DNA of 64,000 bases from an uncultured Actinomycetota bacterium. GTDB lineage: Bacteria; Actinomycetota; Actinomycetes; Mycobacteriales; Mycobacteriaceae. A program made the position numbers and the translations under genes. A model generated the notes under the pieces. The model did no database searches. It worked only from the letters and a program-made list of their open reading frames with translations, and was not told where the DNA came from. The stretch is taken from contig CAWCJY010000005.1 in the NCBI GenBank assembly GCA_963795995.1, forward strand, positions 44,726 through 108,725. Direction: 5' to 3'. This document shows positions 59,374 through 64,000 of the stretch, piece after piece (position 1 is the first letter of the stretch; the number at the start of each line of letters is the position of its first letter).

Positions 59374-59763
59374 TCAGTTGCCCGACCCGTAGGGCCGGGT
59401 CAGGATTTCCAGGTTATGGCCGGCCGGGTCGGGGAAGTACACCCCGCGCCCGCCGTCCCGGTGGTTGATCTGACCGGATCGTTCTCCTCGCGGGTCGGCC
59501 CAGTGCGGAAGCCCGCGCGCTTGAATCTTGTGGTAGATCGCATCGAACTCCTCGTCCGTAACCAGGAAGGCGTAATGCTGCGGCCGGATCTCTTCTCCGT
59601 CGGACGTGTCGGCGTAGTCCAGGCTGGCGCCGTGCTCGAGTGTGACGACCATGAAGCGGCCGAACGGCGTGGGATCCGGTAGCCCGAACAGCTCGGTAAG
59701 GAATTCGGCCGACGCACGCTTGTCCCGGGCCGCGACGATGGTGTGGTTGAAACTGATCGGCAT
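59374..59763 (-). CDS. VOC family protein (glyoxalase/dioxygenase fold)
   Basis: 129 aa: MPISFNHTIVAARDKRASAEFLTELFG...HYAFLVTDEEFDAI...YFPDPAGHNLEILT. Confidence 0.8.
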   Translation of the reverse strand: MPISFNHTIVAARDKRASAEFLTELFGLPDPTPFGRFMVVTLEHGASLDYADTSDGEEIRPQHYAFLVTDEEFDAIYHKIQARGLPHWADPRGERSGQINHRDGGRGVYFPDPAGHNLEILTRPYGSGN

Positions 59764-59863
59764 AGGTTGCCTTTCTTTCCTGCGCCTCTCCCGCGCGAGC
59801 GTGCGTGTCTGTCCGGCGACGCGTCAGCGCTGGCAGTCTGGGCACGCTCGCGGAGGGCGTTCT

Positions 59864-60286
59864 TCACTTCGGGGCGGTGAGCTCCAACGCGATGTTGTCC
59901 GGATCGCGAAACTCCAAGATGTACGACGGTCCGATGTCCTTCACCGGTTCGTGCCGAATGCCCAAGTCATCGAGGTGTCTAGCGGCGTCGTCCAATTCGC
60001 CTTTGCTGACGCTACGAAACGCGATGTGATCCAGCCCGGCCCGGTCCTCGTCGAAGGCGTCGGAGGCCACTGGGCGCAGCCCGATCAGCGCGCCGCCAAG
60101 GTCGTAGACGACCCCGCCGAACAAAAAGTCGAATTGGCTGCGGGTCGACTCGTTGACATTCTCTGGAACCTCCACCAGCACGGGCCAACCGAAGACGCTT
60201 TCATAGAATCGCCGGGATCGTTCGATGTCGGTGACGGTGAGCCGGACGTGCGCAATGGAACCGCTGCTGATGCTCACCTCATCCAT
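59864..60286 (-). CDS. VOC family protein (second, adjacent)
   Basis: ATG 60286 gives 140 aa: IAHVRLTVTDIERSRRFYESVFGW...GLDHIAFRV...LEFRDPDNIALELT. Confidence 0.8.
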   Translation of the reverse strand: MDEVSISSGSIAHVRLTVTDIERSRRFYESVFGWPVLVEVPENVNESTRSQFDFLFGGVVYDLGGALIGLRPVASDAFDEDRAGLDHIAFRSVSKGELDDAARHLDDLGIRHEPVKDIGPSYILEFRDPDNIALELTAPK

Positions 60287-60340
60287 GCTGCCACCCGAGA
60301 CGGCCGACGCACAGTGAGGCGGCATGCCAAAATCTCGGTC

Positions 60341-61231
60341 GTGCAGATAGCCATGACGATGCCGGTGATGGAACCGGACCTGGATGCGACGTTGCTCCGC
60401 AATTGGGCGCACACGATCGACGAGGGGCCGTTCTCGTCATTGTGCTGGGGCGAGCGCATCGCCTTCGACAATCCCGAGACCCTGACCCTGCTGGGGGCGC
60501 TGGCGGCCTGGACCGATCGGGTCAGGCTGATGACCACTGTGATCGTGCCTCAACTGCATGATCCGGTGCTGCTGGCTAAGGCGCTGGCCAGTGGTGACTT
60601 GCTGTGCGGGGGCCGGTTGACCGTAGGCCTCGGGGTCGGGGGTCGGCACGAGGACTACCTCGCGGTCGGGGCGGATCTGGCGACCCAAACCATGCGCGGA
60701 CTAGCGGAACGCGCGGCGGTCATGAAGCGCGTCTGGTCTGGAGAGAAGCTCACCGAGTCGACTTGCCCGGTCGGCCCGTCCCCGCTCCAGCCGGGCGGTC
60801 CGCCCGTCCTGGTGGGCACCATCGGAGCAAAGACTGTGCGCAGCGCCGCGGCTTGGGCCGACGGGCTGGTGGCCACCACGCTGGATCTCGACGTCGGTGT
60901 GCAGAACGAGTTGTTCGACGTGGCGCGGGCGGCATGGGCCCAGGCCGGCAAGCCGAAACCGCACCTGGCGACATCATTCTGGTTTGCCCTCGGTTCGCCG
61001 GAGCAGGCACGCGCTCAGGTGCATCGCCACCTGCAGCGTTACCTGAACTGGAGACCGGCCGAGTACGTCGACGCGATGGCGCCGACCACCGGCTGGGCCG
61101 GGGGCGAAGATCAGTTGATGTCGGTGCTGCGCGAATTCGCCGCCGTCGGTACCGACGAAATACAGCTCATCCCAACCAGTTCCGACCTTGGGCAGCTTCG
61201 GTGCGTGGCCGAGGTGGTCGCCGGGCTGTGA
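60341..61231 (+). CDS. LLM-class flavin/F420-dependent oxidoreductase
   Basis: Only the C-terminal ~295 aa of the 529-aa ORF are plausible, because the N-terminal part is antisense to the two VOC genes. The pattern is a luciferase-like TIM barrel (LGVGGRHEDY, PPVLVGTIGAKTVRSAAAWADG, GTDEIQLIPT). The start is GTG 60341 or ATG 60353. Confidence 0.78.
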   Translation: MQIAMTMPVMEPDLDATLLRNWAHTIDEGPFSSLCWGERIAFDNPETLTLLGALAAWTDRVRLMTTVIVPQLHDPVLLAKALASGDLLCGGRLTVGLGVGGRHEDYLAVGADLATQTMRGLAERAAVMKRVWSGEKLTESTCPVGPSPLQPGGPPVLVGTIGAKTVRSAAAWADGLVATTLDLDVGVQNELFDVARAAWAQAGKPKPHLATSFWFALGSPEQARAQVHRHLQRYLNWRPAEYVDAMAPTTGWAGGEDQLMSVLREFAAVGTDEIQLIPTSSDLGQLRCVAEVVAGL

Positions 61232-61285
61232 TCCCGTTTGGCGCGCATTCATCGACGCGGTGACGTGGGCGGCCATACTGGACGG

Positions 61286-61672
61286 GTGGCTGAACGTAAC
61301 GTGCTCGGCGGCCCGCTCGAACCGTGCGGCACCGAACCGCTTACCGGGTTCTACCGCGACGGCTGCTGCTCGACCGGCGACGAAGACCTCGGTCGGCACA
61401 CCATCTGTGCGGTAGTGACCGCGGAGTTCCTGCAGCATCAGCGCTCCATCGGGAACGACCTGTCGACACCAAGACCGGAGTACCGATTCCCGGGCCTCGC
61501 ACCAGGCGACCGTTGGTGCGTCACCGCGATCAACTGGTTTCGGGCTTACCGCGACGGCTGCGCCGCGCCGATCGTGCTGGCATCGACACACGAGCGCACG
61601 CTTGACTCGGTGCCCCTGGATGCACTGAAGGAGTGCGCCGTGGACGTACCCGATGACCTGGCCGACTTGTAG
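61286..61672 (+). CDS. DUF2237 family protein
   Basis: NVLGGPLEPCGTEPLTGFYRDGCCSTGDEDLGRHTICAVVTAEFL...GNDLSTPRPEYRFPGLAPGDRWCV matches my memory of DUF2237. The start is uncertain (GTG 61265, 61286 or 61301). Confidence 0.72.
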   Translation: MAERNVLGGPLEPCGTEPLTGFYRDGCCSTGDEDLGRHTICAVVTAEFLQHQRSIGNDLSTPRPEYRFPGLAPGDRWCVTAINWFRAYRDGCAAPIVLASTHERTLDSVPLDALKECAVDVPDDLADL

Positions 61673-61704
61673 CGAACCGAGCAGGCTCACCTAGCATCTC
61701 CGGG

Positions 61705-62607
61705 ATGCGTGACTGCAAGATACTCATCACCGGTCCGACCGGCCAACTCGCCAACCCGATCGCGCTGGCCCTTGCCGCCGACAACGAAGTCTGGGGTGTC
61801 GCACGCTTCTCCAACGCGGCGGCACGTGAAGCGCTTGAAGAGGCTGGGATTCGTTGCGTGTCAATCAATCTTGCCGCCGGTGACTTCAGCGTCTTGCCGA
61901 CCAACTTCGACTACGTCCTCAACTTGGCGGTGGCGAAGAGTGGCAACTGGGGCATCGATCTGCGGGCCAATGCCGAGTCGGTGGGTCTGCTGATGGCGCA
62001 TTGCCGCGGCGTCAAGGCGTTTCTGCACTGCTCGTCCACCGCCGTCTATGACCCTCCTGACGACGAGCCGCGCACCGAACGCGCCGCGCTGGGCGACAAC
62101 CACCGAGCGATGTTTCCCACGTATTCGATCTCAAAGATCGCCGCCGAAGCCGTTGCGCGGTCGATGGCGCGTGTGCTCGACGTGCCCACCACCATCGCTC
62201 GTCTCAATCTTCCGTACGGCGACAACGGCGGATGGCCGTACTTTCACATGGAGATGATGCTGGCCGGTATGCCGATACCGGTCCCGCCTGGTGGGCCGGC
62301 TCGCTATAACCCGATCCATCAGGACGACACCATCGCGACCGCCCCCAAACTCCTTGCCGCAGCCTCAGTTCCGGCGACGACGGTCAACTGGGCCGGGAAT
62401 CAGACCGTCAGCCTGCAGGAGTGGTGCGCCTTTCTTGGTTCGCTGATCGGCCGCGAACCAGTATTCGAGGAAAGCGAGCAGGCGCTGCGTGGCGTGCCCA
62501 CCGACGTCACCCGAATGCACGAGCTCGTCGGCAGCACATCGGTCGACTGGCGCGATGGGATGCGCCGGATGGCAGCCAAATTCCACCCCGAGCTAGTCAA
62601 CGCGTGA
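61705..62607 (+). CDS. NAD-dependent epimerase/dehydratase family protein
   Basis: 300 aa with an N-terminal Rossmann motif ILITGPTGQLANPIA and catalytic-type YSISK (YxxxK). Confidence 0.8.
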   Translation: MRDCKILITGPTGQLANPIALALAADNEVWGVARFSNAAAREALEEAGIRCVSINLAAGDFSVLPTNFDYVLNLAVAKSGNWGIDLRANAESVGLLMAHCRGVKAFLHCSSTAVYDPPDDEPRTERAALGDNHRAMFPTYSISKIAAEAVARSMARVLDVPTTIARLNLPYGDNGGWPYFHMEMMLAGMPIPVPPGGPARYNPIHQDDTIATAPKLLAAASVPATTVNWAGNQTVSLQEWCAFLGSLIGREPVFEESEQALRGVPTDVTRMHELVGSTSVDWRDGMRRMAAKFHPELVNA

Positions 62608-62625
62608 ACGGCTGAACCTCGCCGG

Positions 62626-63336
62626 CTATAAGTGACTTACCGCGAAATCCGCGCCTTGATCGACCAAACCGTTCGCCTGATACAAGGTATGCGCGATGCT
62701 GGGCTGACCAGGAGGCGCGCCATTGCAGATGTTGTCGTCGGGAATGCACAGCTCATCGGTCTTGGCCGCATACAGCGGACCGATGGTGATCGGAGGCGCG
62801 CCGGCGCCCTGCAGGAACGCATTCGAAGGTGTTCCGAACAGGACCACCGCAGCAACGTGGTTGGCTACCTCCGCCGGCAGCGGCTGAGGAACGTAAGACG
62901 CGTACTCGGCAGGCACTTCCTGCGGGACGGCAGGCGAGGTGACGAAGCCGGACACAACGGCGCCTTGGGAATACCCGCCGAGCACTATCCTGCTGTTCGG
63001 GCAATTCGCCGCCGTGGATTGGACGTGCCCAGCCGCGTCGCGGATCCCGTCGACGACCGTCCTGGCGAAGTCGACGCCGCCACCGAAATCGCTGCTGGCT
63101 TGGTAGTTGACCGGATACACCCCGACCGACCTGCCGCCGACCCGCGACTGCAGGGCGTCGACGAACGCCTGCCCGACTCCGCCAACACCAGCTGCTTCGC
63201 CGGTACCACGGGCGAATACCACCTCGACATCGGAACACGGGTCGGCAGACGCTGCTGGAATGGGTGCGCTCGCCATGGTCGCCCAGGTTGCTATCAGGGC
63301 CATACCGAGCAGACGAGTTAAGCGTACAAGTTTCAC
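62626..63336 (-). CDS. secreted cutinase family protein
   Basis: 236 aa with signal peptide MKLVRLTRLLGMALIATWATMASAPIPAASA. It has CSDVEVVFARGTGE, the nucleophile elbow GGYSQGA, and a C-terminal DELCIPDDNICNG disulfide motif. Confidence 0.88.
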   Translation of the reverse strand: MKLVRLTRLLGMALIATWATMASAPIPAASADPCSDVEVVFARGTGEAAGVGGVGQAFVDALQSRVGGRSVGVYPVNYQASSDFGGGVDFARTVVDGIRDAAGHVQSTAANCPNSRIVLGGYSQGAVVSGFVTSPAVPQEVPAEYASYVPQPLPAEVANHVAAVVLFGTPSNAFLQGAGAPPITIGPLYAAKTDELCIPDDNICNGAPPGQPSIAHTLYQANGLVDQGADFAVSHL

Positions 63337-63419
63337 GCCTCCGCGAATGCCCGGTTGGTGTCGAGCCGAAACCGGTCTTGCGATGATGTCCCGAGAGATG
63401 ACTAGCTGCTGTCGCCGGC

Positions 63420-63495
63420 TGGTGCCCCCGGCAGGATTCGAACCTGCGGCCTTCTGCTCCGGAGGCAGACGCTCTATCCCCTGAGCTACGGGGGC
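63420..63495 (-). tRNA. tRNA-Arg (anticodon CCG), CCA encoded
   Basis: The reverse complement GCCCCCGTAGCTCAGGGGATAGAGCGTCTGCCTCCGGAGCAGAAGGCCGCAGGTTCGAATCCTGCCGGGGGCACCA folds by hand into a canonical cloverleaf. Stems are 7-bp acceptor, 4-bp D, 5-bp anticodon (loop CTCCGGA) and 5-bp T (loop TTCGAAT). Confidence 0.92.
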
Positions 63496-63607
63496 GCACG
63501 CGCATCACGCTGCGCCATTGGGCTCCGACAGCCTAACCCATCCCGGCGGCCGCCCGGAGTGCGACGGATTCGGGACCAGACGACGCCAGCCAATAGGATG
63601 GACCTTT

Positions 63608-64000
63608 GTGACCCCCGCTGACCTGGCCCAGCTGCTCAGGGACACCGCCGCCGCGGTGCTCGCTGAGCATGGGCTCGATGCTGCCGTGCTACCGCAGACG
63701 GTGACCGTCGAACGGCCGCGCAACCCTGAGCATGGTGACTATGCCACCAACTTGGCGTTGCAACTGGGTAAGAAGGTAGGCACTAACCCGCGGGAGCTGG
63801 CCGGATGGCTGTCCGAAGCGTTGTCGAAGGCCGACGGCATCGCCTCGGCTGAGCTGGCCGGACCGGGCTTCGTCAACCTTCGCCTCAAGACGTCGGCCCA
63901 GGGCGTCATCGTCAACAACGTCATCAGCGCTGGCGCGGGGTACGGCCACTCCGAGGCCCTGGCCGGACACAAGGTCAACCTGGAGTTCGTTTCGGCCAAC
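63608..64000 (+). CDS. argS: arginine--tRNA ligase ArgS (5' part, runs off the window)
   Basis: GTG 63608 opens a frame that runs to the window end: [68 protein letters not shown]...GPGFVNLRL...[10 protein letters not shown]. This is the typical ArgS N-terminal domain up to the start of the catalytic core. Confidence 0.92.
   Translation, partial: MTPADLAQLLRDTAAAVLAEHGLDAAVLPQTVTVERPRNPEHGDYATNLALQLGKKVGTNPRELAGWLSEALSKADGIASAELAGPGFVNLRLKTSAQGVIVNNVISAGAGYGHSEALAGHKVNLEFVSAN

Noticed and set aside
59369-59376. Palindrome TGACGTCA (CRE-like) between the Rrf2 gene and the VOC gene.
   Set aside because: It is simply two convergent TGA stop codons separated by 2 bp (TGA at 59369-59371 on the plus strand and 59374-59376 on the minus strand). 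There is no reason to invoke a binding site.
59642-60340. N-terminal 233 aa of the 529-aa plus-strand ORF upstream of the LLM oxidoreductase.
   Set aside because: It is antisense to two VOC genes with clear family patterns. LLM-like sequence starts near 60341-60353.

Overview
This is a high-GC actinobacterial chromosome segment of Mycobacterium type. From memory, gene order is largely collinear with M. tuberculosis H37Rv Rv1244-Rv1292. In order: SDR, kgd, MFS pump, RecB-like nuclease/helicase, lprE, deaD, acyltransferase, TetR+cyp130, FAD oxidase, udgB, Ddn-like nitroreductases, HIT, amiB2, Rv1264-type adenylate cyclase, PknH-like kinase, two ABC exporters, lprB/lprC, SixA-like phosphatase, SbcD/SbcC-like pair, oppBCDA, canA, cysD-cysNC, Rrf2 regulator, tRNA-Arg, argS. 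I call about 55 CDSs, one tRNA-Arg(CCG), one 55-bp MIRU-like tandem repeat and one decayed lipoprotein pseudogene. I saw no rRNA, CRISPR array, IS/transposase, integrase or prophage genes. Many long ORFs in the six-frame track are GC-rich antisense shadow ORFs and are not reported. Several ORF-track starts were trimmed to internal ATG/GTG codons using overlap logic (GTGA/ATGA coupling), signal peptides and expected family lengths. The most interesting content is an accessory block of about 5.4 kb (about 43630-49089) between the conserved SbcCD-like pair and the opp operon. It carries one 1,484-aa gene with the architecture TIR domain, STAND-type P-loop NTPase, single hydrophobic helix and 14 WD40 repeats, plus a convergent small Cys-containing membrane protein. 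Both genes use codons that are rare for mycobacteria (TTA, ATA, AGA, CTA). I interpret the large gene as a candidate NLR-like (TIR effector) immune or abortive-infection sensor, possibly membrane-spanning, and as far as I know untested in mycobacteria. All family assignments rest on motifs read by eye and remembered synteny. No database search or computation was possible.
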